From Candidatus Sumerlaeia bacterium (GTDB lineage: Bacteria; Sumerlaeota; Sumerlaeia; SLMS01; JANRJK01): a stretch of 64,000 nucleotides of DNA. The notes under the pieces were generated by a model. That model made no database searches and had not been told where the DNA came from. It saw only the letters and a list, made by a program, of their open reading frames with translations. Positions 9,015 through 18,589 of this stretch are shown piece after piece; position 1 is the stretch's first letter, and each line of letters starts with the position of its first letter. Location of the stretch: positions 320,001 to 384,000 of the forward strand of contig JANRJK010000013.1 in the NCBI GenBank assembly GCA_033764015.1, written 5' to 3'. A program made the position numbers and the translations under genes.

Positions 9015-10397
9015 ATGTCACACACGCAATCCGACAAGGCGCGCCGCATCGCGCGCTACTGCCTCGCCGCGCGCGGCGCGAAGCTCGCACCCGAGACCGT
9101 CCACGAAGTGAAGCGCCGCACGCTCGACAGCGTCGCCACCGCCCTCGGCGCCTGGCAGACACCCGTCGCCGCCGCCGCCGTCCGCACCGCCGCCAACCTG
9201 GCGCCCGTCGGCGAGAAGCCCGCCCAGGTGATGGGCACCGCGCGCGGAAGCGTCCTCGAATACGCCGCCTTCGCCAACGCCACCATGGTCCGCACGCTCG
9301 ACTACAACGACACGTACCTCGCCAAGGAGCCGGCGCACCCCTCCGACAACATCGCCGCCGTGCTCGCCACCGCCCAGGTCTTCGGCAACAGCGGCGCCGA
9401 CGCGGTCCTCGGCGTCGCCAACGCCTACGAGGTCCAGTGCCGCCTCTGCGACGCTAACTCGCTGCGCGCGAAGGGCATCGACCACGTCACCTACGGCAAC
9501 ATCAGCGCCGCCGCTTCCTGCGGCGTCATGATGGGCATGGACGAGGACCACATCACGCACGCGCTCGGCATCGCAGGCGTGGCCCACACCGCCATCCGCC
9601 AGACGCGCGAGGGCGAAATGGCCAACTGGAAGGCCGCCGCGTTCGCCAACGCCGACCGCAACGCGCTCTTCGCCCTTCGCGCCGTCCGCTCCGGCTTCAC
9701 CGGCCCCACGCCGATCTTCGAAGGCGTCAAGGGCCTCGAGGCCGTGCTCACCGGCGCCTTCGACCTCGTCCTCCCGCAGGACGGCGAAGCGCCGGCCATG
9801 ATCCTCAAGACCTACATCAAGCCCGCACCGGTCGAGTACCACGCACAGTCCGCCGTCGAGGTCGCCGCCAAGATGCACCGCGAAGGCATCGACTGGCGCC
9901 GCATCGCCAGGATCCGCATCCGCACCCACAAGGCGTCCTACGAAATCATCGGGCGCAGCCCCGAGAAGTGGGACCCCATGAGCAAGGAGACCGCGGACCA
10001 CTCGCTCCCGTATTGCGCCGCCATCGCGCTCATCGACGGCCCCGTCACGCTCGCCAGCTTCGGCGAGAAGAAGTACCGCGACCCGGAAATCCTCGCCTTC
10101 CTCAAGAAGATCGAAGTGGTCGAAGACCCGGAGTTCACCGCCATCTACGGCGACGGCTTCGCCAACCACCTCCGCGTCGAAATGCAGGACGGCACCGTCC
10201 GCGAGGGCGAATCGCGCTACCCGCTCGGCCACCCCAAGAACCCGATGACCGACGCGCAGATCGAAGGCAAGTTCCGCGAGCTCGCCGACGGCCTTCTCGC
10301 GAAAGCCGAGCAGGACGCGTTCATCGCGCGCTGCTGGCGCATGGAGTCGCTCGCCAACCTCGACGGCTTCTACCCCTCCTTCGAAGGCAAGTTCTAA
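9015..10397 (+). CDS. prpD: MmgE/PrpD family protein (2-methylcitrate dehydratase-like)
   Basis: RTLDYNDTYLAKEPAHPSDN, GIDHV, WKAAA, EYHAQSAVE, ETADHSLPY, YPLGHPKNP. Confidence 0.8.
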   Translation: MSHTQSDKARRIARYCLAARGAKLAPETVHEVKRRTLDSVATALGAWQTPVAAAAVRTAANLAPVGEKPAQVMGTARGSVLEYAAFANATMVRTLDYNDTYLAKEPAHPSDNIAAVLATAQVFGNSGADAVLGVANAYEVQCRLCDANSLRAKGIDHVTYGNISAAASCGVMMGMDEDHITHALGIAGVAHTAIRQTREGEMANWKAAAFANADRNALFALRAVRSGFTGPTPIFEGVKGLEAVLTGAFDLVLPQDGEAPAMILKTYIKPAPVEYHAQSAVEVAAKMHREGIDWRRIARIRIRTHKASYEIIGRSPEKWDPMSKETADHSLPYCAAIALIDGPVTLASFGEKKYRDPEILAFLKKIEVVEDPEFTAIYGDGFANHLRVEMQDGTVREGESRYPLGHPKNPMTDAQIEGKFRELADGLLAKAEQDAFIARCWRMESLANLDGFYPSFEGKF

Positions 10398-10404
10398 CAC
10401 CCCG

Positions 10405-10443
10405 CCCCGCGCGGCGCCGGCACACAGCCGGCGCCGCGCGGGG
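10405..10443 (+). terminator. strong hairpin terminator after prpD
   Basis: ccccgcgcggcgccggc-acaca-gccggcgccgcgcgggg, 17-bp stem followed by atttgcttt. Confidence 0.7.
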
Positions 10444-10450
10444 ATTTGCT

Positions 10451-10479
10451 TTGACGGGTCGGCCACGGATTGCTAACAC
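10451..10479 (+). promoter_or_regulatory. putative sigma70-type promoter for the FG-GAP gene
   Basis: TTGACG, 17-nt spacer ending in TGc, then TAACAC, in an AT-richer patch about 90 nt upstream of ATG 10568. Confidence 0.35.
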
Positions 10480-10567
10480 GATACTTATGTAATCGGGGGA
10501 CACCAAGCACATAACGCCAACCGCCACCCGTCACCCTCGACCGCCATGTACCAACGGGAGAACCACC

Positions 10568-12928
10568 ATGAACTCCACCCTCCGCAGCACCGCCGCCACC
10601 CCGGCAACGCTCCTCCGCCTCGCCCTCGCAACCATCCTCGCGATCCTCGTCTCGGCAAAGCCGTGCGCCCAGCCCCTCGGGTTCAAGCTGGAGAATCCGG
10701 ATGAGGGGGAACCGTCCTACGCGCTAGGTACCGCTCTGGCTATGGATGGGGATTTGCTGGTCGCATCGGCGCCTTGGGCAAGCGTCGAGGGGGTTCCCCA
10801 GTCTGGAGTAGTCTACGTCTACCGTTTAGGAGTGAACGGTGAGTGGTTGATAGAAGCAACTCTCCCTTGTCCAAACCTCCAAGACTATTCATACTATGGA
10901 GCCTCTGTGGCAGTGCATGGTGACAGAATATTGGTCGGAGATCCCTATCCTAGCGTTGGGGAAAGGAGAAGTGGTACCGTCTATGTGTATCGACGTATGG
11001 ATACCGATTGGATGTTGGAAGCCGAGCTCATCCCGTTCGGTGGTGGGCAGCCGGAGACATTTGGTTCCGCCGTCCAGATTTGGGAAGATACTGTAGCGGT
11101 GTCGGCACCCAAAGAAGACGTCGGTGGTGGGGTATTGGGTGCAGTCTACATATTCCGAAGAGCGGGCGGCGACTGGGTGCCCGAGGCAAAGCTGGTCTCA
11201 AGCGAGCAAGTTCCAGACGCCTCATTCGGGGACTCCATCGCCCTTCATGGAAACAATCTGCTCGTCGGTTTGCGTACTAGAGGCGGGCTGATGTTCGAGA
11301 GGAACGGGAACTTTTGGGGATTCACTAATCTGCTCGCTTCAGAGAATCCAGGTGACAGCTACCAAAGTGGTGTATCTGTTGTGCTGACATCGGACACCGC
11401 AATCGTTCTTGGCATGTACCAAGCAGCACATGTCTTTAGGCAGGAGGGAGCAAACTGGATCTACGACGGCAATCTGCAACCATCCGGCTTGCAGAGCATG
11501 GAGCTCCCGTACAGAAGTGTCGCGCTGCACGGCGACTTCGTTGCTATCGGATCGAGGAGGCAATTTTCTAACGGGTTTCTTTATGTAAACACGGGGGCCG
11601 CCTACGTCTTCGCACGCTCCACGAGCGGGTGGAATCAATATGCCATACTGACTGGGTTGGGGGAAAGAGAAGCGGATGACTTCAGCTTCTCACTTGCAGC
11701 ATCAGATCGCGGATTGGTAGTTGGAGCACCGTTTTATCAAGGGGCGGGAACGCTTGGTGCAGTTTCTTGGTTCCGTTTCGAAGATAACAGCCTAGATCAA
11801 GGTACACCCCTAACCATTTCGGAGGCAGCCGGAGGGGATCTGTTCGGCAGCGTAGCCGCGATTTCTGGCGATACCGCAATGGTCGGAGTGCCGGAAGATC
11901 AAGAGGCGGGCGTGCAAAAGTCTGGTTCGGTACGGGTGTTCCGCCGAGACGGTTCAATTTGGGAGTACTCCCAAGCGCTTCTTCCCACACCAGGGTTCGA
12001 TTCCGCCTACTTTGGAAGGTCGGTTGCCATTAACGACGACGTCGCAGTCGTTGGTCAATACTACTTTGGCGGTTACGAAGGCGGAGGTGCCGCCACTGTG
12101 TTTGAACGGAAGGGTGGTGCTTGGATTGCTACGCAAACTCTCCTCTCCCCCAATGCCCCGTCCGATGACGGATTCGGCAGAGTCGTCAGCATTTCTGGCG
12201 ACCTTATCGCCGTTTCTGCGAGCTCGGATGACGACGTGATTCGTGATTCCGGCGCCGTACACCTCTTCCGTCGAACCGTCGACGGATGGATACATGAGGC
12301 AAAGCTGAAAGCGGAGGAGCCGTTCTTGTTTGGTGCCTTCGGTTCGGCGGTCTCAGTGCATGGCAACAGAGTCATTGTGGGTGATCGAAAGGGAGACTAC
12401 TCGAGCGTGAGCAGTGCTGCCTACATTTTTGAGTACACACAAAACGGTTGGAGCCAAGCTGCGGAGCTGAACCCTTCAAATCGTTTCGGTTCCGCAGTGT
12501 CTCTCTCGGGAGATGTCGCTGCTGTAGGCATGACCGGCAATCCAAACTACTTGAACCGACTCTACATCTATCGGCGATTGGCAGGGGAGTGGGTCGAGGG
12601 TCCCCACATTACTTTTCCCAATTCCGGAGGCGGGTTCGCCAATCGCTTCGCGGTCCACGGTGATGTGGTTGTCGCCACCAGTCGAGAGGATGGAAGGACC
12701 GTGCTCCGTTTCTTCCAGCTCAAGGGCGGCGCTTGGGAGCTTGTTCGTTCGATCGCGGATCCAGTGCCGGGGGACAGCTCGTCGTTCGGATCCGCCCTCG
12801 CCATGGAAGGCAACCGCATCATGATCGGCGCGCCTCGCCTCTCCGATCCAGAGCGGGAGTCCGGGGCCGCGTACATCTACTCCTTCGACTTCACCCCCGC
12901 CACCGTCGACGGCCTCACGGTCCACTGA
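10568..12928 (+). CDS. secreted FG-GAP repeat (integrin-alpha-like beta-propeller) protein
   Basis: Signal peptide (LLRLALATILAILVSAKPCA). About 14 repeats of FGxxVAxxGDxxxVGAP...GAxYxF. Confidence 0.85.
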   Translation: MNSTLRSTAATPATLLRLALATILAILVSAKPCAQPLGFKLENPDEGEPSYALGTALAMDGDLLVASAPWASVEGVPQSGVVYVYRLGVNGEWLIEATLPCPNLQDYSYYGASVAVHGDRILVGDPYPSVGERRSGTVYVYRRMDTDWMLEAELIPFGGGQPETFGSAVQIWEDTVAVSAPKEDVGGGVLGAVYIFRRAGGDWVPEAKLVSSEQVPDASFGDSIALHGNNLLVGLRTRGGLMFERNGNFWGFTNLLASENPGDSYQSGVSVVLTSDTAIVLGMYQAAHVFRQEGANWIYDGNLQPSGLQSMELPYRSVALHGDFVAIGSRRQFSNGFLYVNTGAAYVFARSTSGWNQYAILTGLGEREADDFSFSLAASDRGLVVGAPFYQGAGTLGAVSWFRFEDNSLDQGTPLTISEAAGGDLFGSVAAISGDTAMVGVPEDQEAGVQKSGSVRVFRRDGSIWEYSQALLPTPGFDSAYFGRSVAINDDVAVVGQYYFGGYEGGGAATVFERKGGAWIATQTLLSPNAPSDDGFGRVVSISGDLIAVSASSDDDVIRDSGAVHLFRRTVDGWIHEAKLKAEEPFLFGAFGSAVSVHGNRVIVGDRKGDYSSVSSAAYIFEYTQNGWSQAAELNPSNRFGSAVSLSGDVAAVGMTGNPNYLNRLYIYRRLAGEWVEGPHITFPNSGGGFANRFAVHGDVVVATSREDGRTVLRFFQLKGGAWELVRSIADPVPGDSSSFGSALAMEGNRIMIGAPRLSDPERESGAAYIYSFDFTPATVDGLTVH

Positions 12929-13003
12929 GGGCCGCGCTCCGTCGGAGGGCCGAGAATCCGCGCTTGCGCCTCCGCGCGTCCGCGCGGGACACCATCGCAC
13001 GGC

Positions 13004-13786
13004 ATGGCTGAGAACGCGAACCCCGCTGAACAAGACTCGCTGGCGCGCACCGCGCCTTACGAGCGACACCTTTCCGTCGTCATCCCCTTCTATAACGAGG
13101 CCGAGAACATCGACCTCGTCTGCCGCGAGGTCCACAGCGTCATCGAGCCGCACTTCGCGGGGCGCTGGGAACTGGTGATGGTGAACGACGGCTCGCGCGA
13201 CGGCACCGGCGAGGCCATGCGCCGCGTCCGCCGCGAGTTCCCCCACATGCGCGCGGTGCACCTGCGCAAGAACTCCGGCCAGTCCGCCGCCCTCGAAGCG
13301 GGCTTCCTCCACGCCCGCGGCGAGTTCATCGCCACGCTCGACGGCGACGGCCAGAACGATCCCCGCGACATCCCGAAGCTCCTCGAGGAGCGCGCGAAGC
13401 GGAACGTCGACATGATGTGCGGCATCCGCGCGAAGCGGAAGGACAGCTTCATCCGCCGCTTCTCCAGCCGCACCGCGAACCGCCTCCGCCGCGCCGTGCT
13501 CCAGGACGGCATCACGGATGTCGGCTGCTCGATCCGGGTGTTCCGCCGCGACTGCGTGGACAAGATCCGCTTCTTCCGCAACGCGCACCGCTTCTTCCCC
13601 GCGCTCTTCGTCATGAAGGGATTCACCATCGCGGAGACGCCGGTGAACCACCGCCCGCGCGCCTCGGGCGTTTCCAAGTACGGCCTCGGCATCAACTCGC
13701 GCCTCTGGGTCGGCATCGCGGACCTGCTCGGCGTCTACTGGATGCGCAAGCGCGCGCTCCGCTACCGCACCTTCGAAGACCCGTGA
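13004..13786 (+). CDS. glycosyltransferase family 2 (polyprenol-phosphate glycosyltransferase, DPM1/ArnC-like)
   Basis: SVVIPFYNEAEN, VNDGSRDGT, NSGQSAAL, LDGDGQNDP, VNHRPR..GVSKY. Confidence 0.9.
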   Translation: MAENANPAEQDSLARTAPYERHLSVVIPFYNEAENIDLVCREVHSVIEPHFAGRWELVMVNDGSRDGTGEAMRRVRREFPHMRAVHLRKNSGQSAALEAGFLHARGEFIATLDGDGQNDPRDIPKLLEERAKRNVDMMCGIRAKRKDSFIRRFSSRTANRLRRAVLQDGITDVGCSIRVFRRDCVDKIRFFRNAHRFFPALFVMKGFTIAETPVNHRPRASGVSKYGLGINSRLWVGIADLLGVYWMRKRALRYRTFEDP

Positions 13787-14529
13787 CGCACCCCGGCCAC
13801 GCGGACCACGCCGCCGGGCACCACCCGCCGCACAAGGCCCCCAAGAAGAAGAGCCCCGCCAAGGACGCCCTCCGCGTCGTCCTCGTCGTCGCCATCTTCG
13901 TCGCCGTCGCCTACTTCCTGCGGCACCCTTGGGTGCAGGAGCACCTGTTCGACATCGCCAAGCTCCGCGAGGACATCGACTCGCTTGGGCCTTGGGGCAC
14001 GGTCGCCTTCGCGCTCGGGACCGCCCTCGCCACGGGCCTCGGCTTCCCGCGCCTCTGGGCCGCCGGCGTGGCCGGCACGCTCTTCGGCGCGCTCGAGGGC
14101 ACCGCGGTGGCGCTCGCCGGATCGATCCTCGGCGCGCTCATCACTTTCTTCCTCGGGCGCTCGATCCTGCGCGGTCCGATCAAGCGCCGCATGCCCTCGC
14201 GGCTCCGCCCCTGGTACGACCGCTTCAGCCAGAACGGCTTCCGCTGGGTGCTCTACATCCGCCTCTTTCCGCTCAGCAACGCGACCGTCGTGAACCTGGT
14301 TTGCGGCGCCTCGAAGGTGAAGGCTGGCGAGTTCCTCGCCGCCACCGCCATCGGCTATCTGCCGTTCACGCTGGCGTTCGCGCTCTTCGGCAGCTCCGCC
14401 GCCAAGCAGAGCCCCGACCAGCTCGCGCTCGGCGCGCTCATGTTCGGCCTCGTGCTCGGCTCCCGCTGGATCTACAAGGCGGTCCGCCGCCGCCGCGACG
14501 CGCGCGACGCCGACCCAGCCGAAGAATAA
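13783..14529 (+). CDS. TVP38/TMEM64 (VTT/DedA superfamily) membrane protein
   Basis: AGTLFG...G, FFLGR, IRLFP, ATAIGYLP motifs; multiple TM segments; GTGA overlap with the GT2 gene. Confidence 0.8.
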   Translation: MTHPGHADHAAGHHPPHKAPKKKSPAKDALRVVLVVAIFVAVAYFLRHPWVQEHLFDIAKLREDIDSLGPWGTVAFALGTALATGLGFPRLWAAGVAGTLFGALEGTAVALAGSILGALITFFLGRSILRGPIKRRMPSRLRPWYDRFSQNGFRWVLYIRLFPLSNATVVNLVCGASKVKAGEFLAATAIGYLPFTLAFALFGSSAAKQSPDQLALGALMFGLVLGSRWIYKAVRRRRDARDADPAEE

Positions 14530-14533
14530 GAAT

Positions 14534-14560
14534 CCCCGCCCCGGGCGCGCCGGGGCGGGG
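14534..14560. terminator. hairpin between convergent genes
   Basis: ccccgccccgg-gcgcg-ccggggcgggg, 11-bp stem. Confidence 0.55.
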
Positions 14561-14586
14561 GCTTGGGACACCCTCGGGCGTCCGGC

Positions 14587-16398
14587 CTACTTCAAGGCGT
14601 CGAGCGCGCCGTCCAACTCGTCCACCGCCTCGCGGAACAGCTTGAACGCCCCCGACAGCACCGTCGGGTCCGTCAGATCCACCCCGCCTAGCTTCACCGC
14701 GTCGATCGGGTCCATGGAGCCGCCCGCGCGCAGCATCGAGAGGTACTGCTCGCGCCCCGCCTCGCCCGACTGGATCTGCTTCGCGAAGAGCTGCGCCGAG
14801 ATGAACCCGGTCGCATACTGGTAAACGTAGAAGTTGTAGTAGAAGTGCGGGATCCGCGCCCACTCGAGCGCGATCCGCGGATCCGCCTGCACCGCCGGGC
14901 CGTAGTACGCCGCGTTCAGCTTCGAGTACGTCTCCGACAGCCAGTCCGCCGTCAGCGCCGTGCCCTGCTGGTCCGCCTCGTGCACCGCCCGCTCGTACTC
15001 GTGGAACATCGTCTGCCGGTACACCGTCGTGCGGAACGAGTTCGCATAGTCGTTCAGCAGGTACGCCCGCAGCTTCGGGTCGTTCTGCGTGCGCAGCAGG
15101 TAGTCGAGCAGCAGGCGCTCCGCCGTCGTGCTGGCGATCTCCGCGACGAAGATCGAGTACTCCGCGTAGCGGCTCGACTGGTGCTTGTTCGCCATCCAGG
15201 TGTGGATCGAGTGCCCCAGCTCGTGCGCCAGCGTGAACACGTCGTCCAGCGTGCCCTGGAAGTTGAGCAGCATGTAGGGCACCGAGTCGTAGCAGCCGCT
15301 CGAGTACGCGCCGGAGCGCTTGCCCTTGTTCTCGAACACGTCGGTCCAGCGCTCGTTGAAGCAGGCGCGCACCGCCGACATGTACTCGGGGCCCATCGGC
15401 TCCATCGCGGCGGTCACCCACTCCGCCGCCTGCTCGAAGCTCACCTCGAGCTCGAAGTCCGGCACGATCGACACGTGGAAGTCCCACATGTTCGGGTCGC
15501 TGATGCCGAGGTGCTTCTTCCGCACGTCGACGTAGTGGTGGAAGTGGGGGAGAGCCCCGTGGATCGCCGCGACCAGCGCGTCCGTGAGGCTCACCGGCAC
15601 GGCGTTCGGATGCAGCGCGGCCTCCAGCGCGGAGCCGAAGCGGCGGCTCGCGGCGAGGTAGTTGCCCGTCTTCACGTTCGACGACAGCAGCGAGGCCGCC
15701 GTGTTGCGGAACTGGCCGTAAGTGTCGTACACGCAGCCGAAGGCGCTCTTGCGCAGCTCCCGGTCCGCGCTCTGCAGCAGCAGCGCCAGGCGCCCCTGCG
15801 TCACGTCGTGCTCCGTGCCGTCTGCCCCCTTCGCCTTCGGGAACTTGATGTCCGCGTTGCTGAACAGGTTGAACGTGGTGTAGGACGCCGAGAAGATCTC
15901 GCCCGCGCGGGAGAGCAGCGTCTCCTCCGCCGTCGTGAGCGTGTGCGGCTTGTCGCGCAGCAGCAGCTCGATGGAGCGGCGGTAGTCCCTCAGCTCCGGC
16001 GCCTGGATCCACGACGCGAGCTCCTCCGCCGGGAGCGCGAGCAGCTCGGGGCGCAGCCAGGCCAGCTTGCCGCGCACCTCCGTCACCTTGCCGCGCACGC
16101 GTGTGTTGCGCGCCTGCGCCGGCTGGTTCCCGGTGTCCTCGTCGGAGCGCTGGTGCGCGTAGACATGCAGCTTGGATAGGATCCGGTCCAGGTGGTCCTC
16201 GATCTTGTAGAACTCCGCGAGGCGCGCCGCCGAGGCGATCGTGCCCTTGTAGCTCTCCAGCGTGGCGGCCATGCCGTCCACGGCGGCGAACTCCGCCTCG
16301 AAAGCGGCCTCGTCGGCGAAGAGGCGCTCGAGGTCCCAGCGGTACTTCTCCTCGATCTGTTGCCGTTCCTTGACGGCGGTGGGTGCGGATGCGGCCAT
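14587..16398 (-). CDS. pepF: oligoendopeptidase F (peptidase M3B)
   Basis: KYRWDL, GKRSGAYS, PYMLLNF, TLAHELGHSIH, FVAEIAST, WARIPHFYYNFYVYQYATG. Confidence 0.93.
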   Translation of the reverse strand: MAASAPTAVKERQQIEEKYRWDLERLFADEAAFEAEFAAVDGMAATLESYKGTIASAARLAEFYKIEDHLDRILSKLHVYAHQRSDEDTGNQPAQARNTRVRGKVTEVRGKLAWLRPELLALPAEELASWIQAPELRDYRRSIELLLRDKPHTLTTAEETLLSRAGEIFSASYTTFNLFSNADIKFPKAKGADGTEHDVTQGRLALLLQSADRELRKSAFGCVYDTYGQFRNTAASLLSSNVKTGNYLAASRRFGSALEAALHPNAVPVSLTDALVAAIHGALPHFHHYVDVRKKHLGISDPNMWDFHVSIVPDFELEVSFEQAAEWVTAAMEPMGPEYMSAVRACFNERWTDVFENKGKRSGAYSSGCYDSVPYMLLNFQGTLDDVFTLAHELGHSIHTWMANKHQSSRYAEYSIFVAEIASTTAERLLLDYLLRTQNDPKLRAYLLNDYANSFRTTVYRQTMFHEYERAVHEADQQGTALTADWLSETYSKLNAAYYGPAVQADPRIALEWARIPHFYYNFYVYQYATGFISAQLFAKQIQSGEAGREQYLSMLRAGGSMDPIDAVKLGGVDLTDPTVLSGAFKLFREAVDELDGALDALK

Positions 16399-16549
16399 GG
16401 GGGGAATCGCCCTTTCCTGTGTGGTGCGCGCGAAGCTCGGCGCCGCGCCCCCGGAGGGCGAGCGCAAAGGCTTTCTACGCGCCGATTCCCCTTCACTTCA
16501 CCGCGATTCCATGCTGTCCTGCATGCATCCAGCAGAGCGGGGTCGGACG

Positions 16550-17605
16550 ATGAAACGCCGCATTCTCGTGATCGACGACGAGCACCGCCTCGCCAAGAGC
16601 CTCTGCGCCCTCCTGCGCGGGGTCGGCTACGACGTCTCCTCCGCCATCGGGGGCGTCGCCGGCCTCGAGGCCCTCTGCTCCGAGCAGTACGACCTCGTCA
16701 TCACCGACGTCCGCATGCCCGACATCGACGGCTTCGAAATCATCCGCTATCTCGAGGCGCACTGCCCGCGCACGCCCGTCATCGTCATCACCGGCCACGC
16801 CAGCACCGAGTCCGCCATCGAGGCGATCCACCGCCACGTCGCCGACTACATTCCCAAGCCCTTCGACTTCGAGCTGCTGAAGGCCAGCGTCGAAAAGGTC
16901 TTCGCCCGCCAGGAGGTCGAGCAGCTCAAGGAGGACATGAGCCGCATGTTCTCCCACGACATCAAAGTGCCCGTCACGACGATCATCGGCTTCGCGGATT
17001 TCCTGCTGCGCGAGGACGGCACGCTCCACCCGCGGGCCCCGGAGTACGCCGCGAAAATCCGCAGCAACAGCCGCAAGATCCTCGCGCTCATCGAAAACTA
17101 CCTCACCAGCTCCCGCGTCGACGAGGGCCGCTTCGAGCTCTCGCCCGCCGCCATCGACCTCTGCGACGTCGTTTCCGACGCGCTCTCCATGGTCTCGCCG
17201 GAGTTCGAGGCCAAGGGCATGAAGTGCCGCGCCGAGCTGCCCAAGACCGCCCTCATCGAGGCCGACGAGGCGCTCCTGTTCCGCGCCGTCTCGAACCTGC
17301 TCTCGAACGCCGCGAAGTACGGCCCGGAAGGCGCCGAGGTCTGGGTCCGCGTCGAGGCGTGCGACGCCGGGCGTTGGCGCGTCGTCGTCGGCAACACCGG
17401 TTCCTGCGTCCCGGAGGACGAGGCCGCGCGCGTCTTCCAGCGCTACCGCCGCGCCTCGAACGCCGGCGCCCACGGCCACGGGCTCGGCCTCCACATCGTC
17501 CAGATCGCCGCGAAGGCCCACGGCGGCACCACCGCCTGCATCCCCGCCCCGGACGGCGCCAGCGTCGAGTTCGAGCTCCGGGTGGCCTCGATCCCCCGAC
17601 GCTGA
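16550..17605 (+). CDS. hybrid response regulator-histidine kinase (REC + HisKA + HATPase)
   Basis: ILVIDDE, TDVRMP, KPFD receiver motifs; SHDIKVP H-box; NLLSNAAKY; GHGLGL. Confidence 0.9.
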   Translation: MKRRILVIDDEHRLAKSLCALLRGVGYDVSSAIGGVAGLEALCSEQYDLVITDVRMPDIDGFEIIRYLEAHCPRTPVIVITGHASTESAIEAIHRHVADYIPKPFDFELLKASVEKVFARQEVEQLKEDMSRMFSHDIKVPVTTIIGFADFLLREDGTLHPRAPEYAAKIRSNSRKILALIENYLTSSRVDEGRFELSPAAIDLCDVVSDALSMVSPEFEAKGMKCRAELPKTALIEADEALLFRAVSNLLSNAAKYGPEGAEVWVRVEACDAGRWRVVVGNTGSCVPEDEAARVFQRYRRASNAGAHGHGLGLHIVQIAAKAHGGTTACIPAPDGASVEFELRVASIPRR

Positions 17606-17612
17606 GCCGCCG

Positions 17613-18239
17613 TCAGTACCGGTCGAAGTGGAGGATGTCGCCCGGGCTCGTCGTGCCGTTCGTGGGATCGTAGTGCTGGAACGGGCCGTTCATCAGGTCC
17701 TTGATCGTCGAAGTGAACTCCTGCGCCTGGTCCACGTCCGGCCCGAAGGAGTAGAGCATGAAGTTGTGGCCGTGCGCTCCGGCCCAATGCTCCGGAAGCA
17801 GCCGCGCCAAGTCGCCGAAGTTCACGTAGGCGTACGGCGTTCCCCTCCAGTCGGCGTAGATGTCCGCGGGAATGAAGGGCCCGATGTAGGCGACCGGCGT
17901 CGTCAACGCGCCGAGTTCGGGGCGCTGCGTGTTCCATGAGTCCGACGGCAATGGCGTCGGCTGCCACCATCCGCCCTGCGCCTGCGCCGCGGCGGGCGCG
18001 AGGTAGACCCGCCGGATGGACCACACCGACTCCGGCCGCATCGGCGGATACTCCCGGTGGTCCGCGTAGTACGCGAACAGCGCGCTCCGCAGCGCCGAAA
18101 GCTCCTCATGGACGCGGGACGACTTGGAGCGCACCTGCGCGTCCAGGAAGTTCGGCACCGCGATCGCCGCGAGGACGGCGATCACCGCGACGACGATGAG
18201 CAGTTCGATCAACGTGAAGGCGTGGGGATGACGGCGCAT
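17613..18239 (-). CDS. type IV pilin/GspG-like prepilin protein
   Basis: MRRHPHA|FTLIELLIVVAVIAVLAAIAVPNF class III signal; LTTPVAY, SFGPD and YDPTNGTTSPGDI motifs. Confidence 0.85.
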   Translation of the reverse strand: MRRHPHAFTLIELLIVVAVIAVLAAIAVPNFLDAQVRSKSSRVHEELSALRSALFAYYADHREYPPMRPESVWSIRRVYLAPAAAQAQGGWWQPTPLPSDSWNTQRPELGALTTPVAYIGPFIPADIYADWRGTPYAYVNFGDLARLLPEHWAGAHGHNFMLYSFGPDVDQAQEFTSTIKDLMNGPFQHYDPTNGTTSPGDILHFDRY

Positions 18240-18589
18240 GGCGCGGCTCCTTCCGGGGAATCGCAGGCGATGGCGAAGGCGGCGGTGTCGAGCGTGCGCC
18301 CGTTCGGCGCGCGGAGCGAGGCGCGCAGCCGGCCCTCGCCGGGGCGGAGCACCTCGACCCGCCCCACTACGATCGGCGCGGCGCCGTCCCAGTGCCCGGC
18401 GGCGAACGCCGCCTGGGCGCCCTCCGCCGCGGCCTGCAGCTCCAGCCGCCACGCCATCCGCGACGTGGCCAGGTAGCTGTCCGCGGCGCGGTCCAGCACG
18501 ATGAAGCAAAGGGCGCCGAGGAACGCGGCGAGCCCCGCGAGCCCCAGCAGCATGCCCCCGCGGCGCGGGTGGCGGATCCGGGTCCTCAT
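18209..18589 (-). CDS. small pilin-like protein lacking Glu5 (GspK/PilX/ComGG-like position)
   Basis: MRTRIRHPRRG|GMLLG followed by a hydrophobic helix; ..AAAEGA motif; start overlaps the stop of the upstream pilin gene (ATGA). Confidence 0.6.
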   Translation of the reverse strand: MRTRIRHPRRGGMLLGLAGLAAFLGALCFIVLDRAADSYLATSRMAWRLELQAAAEGAQAAFAAGHWDGAAPIVVGRVEVLRPGEGRLRASLRAPNGRTLDTAAFAIACDSPEGAAPCAVIPTPSR

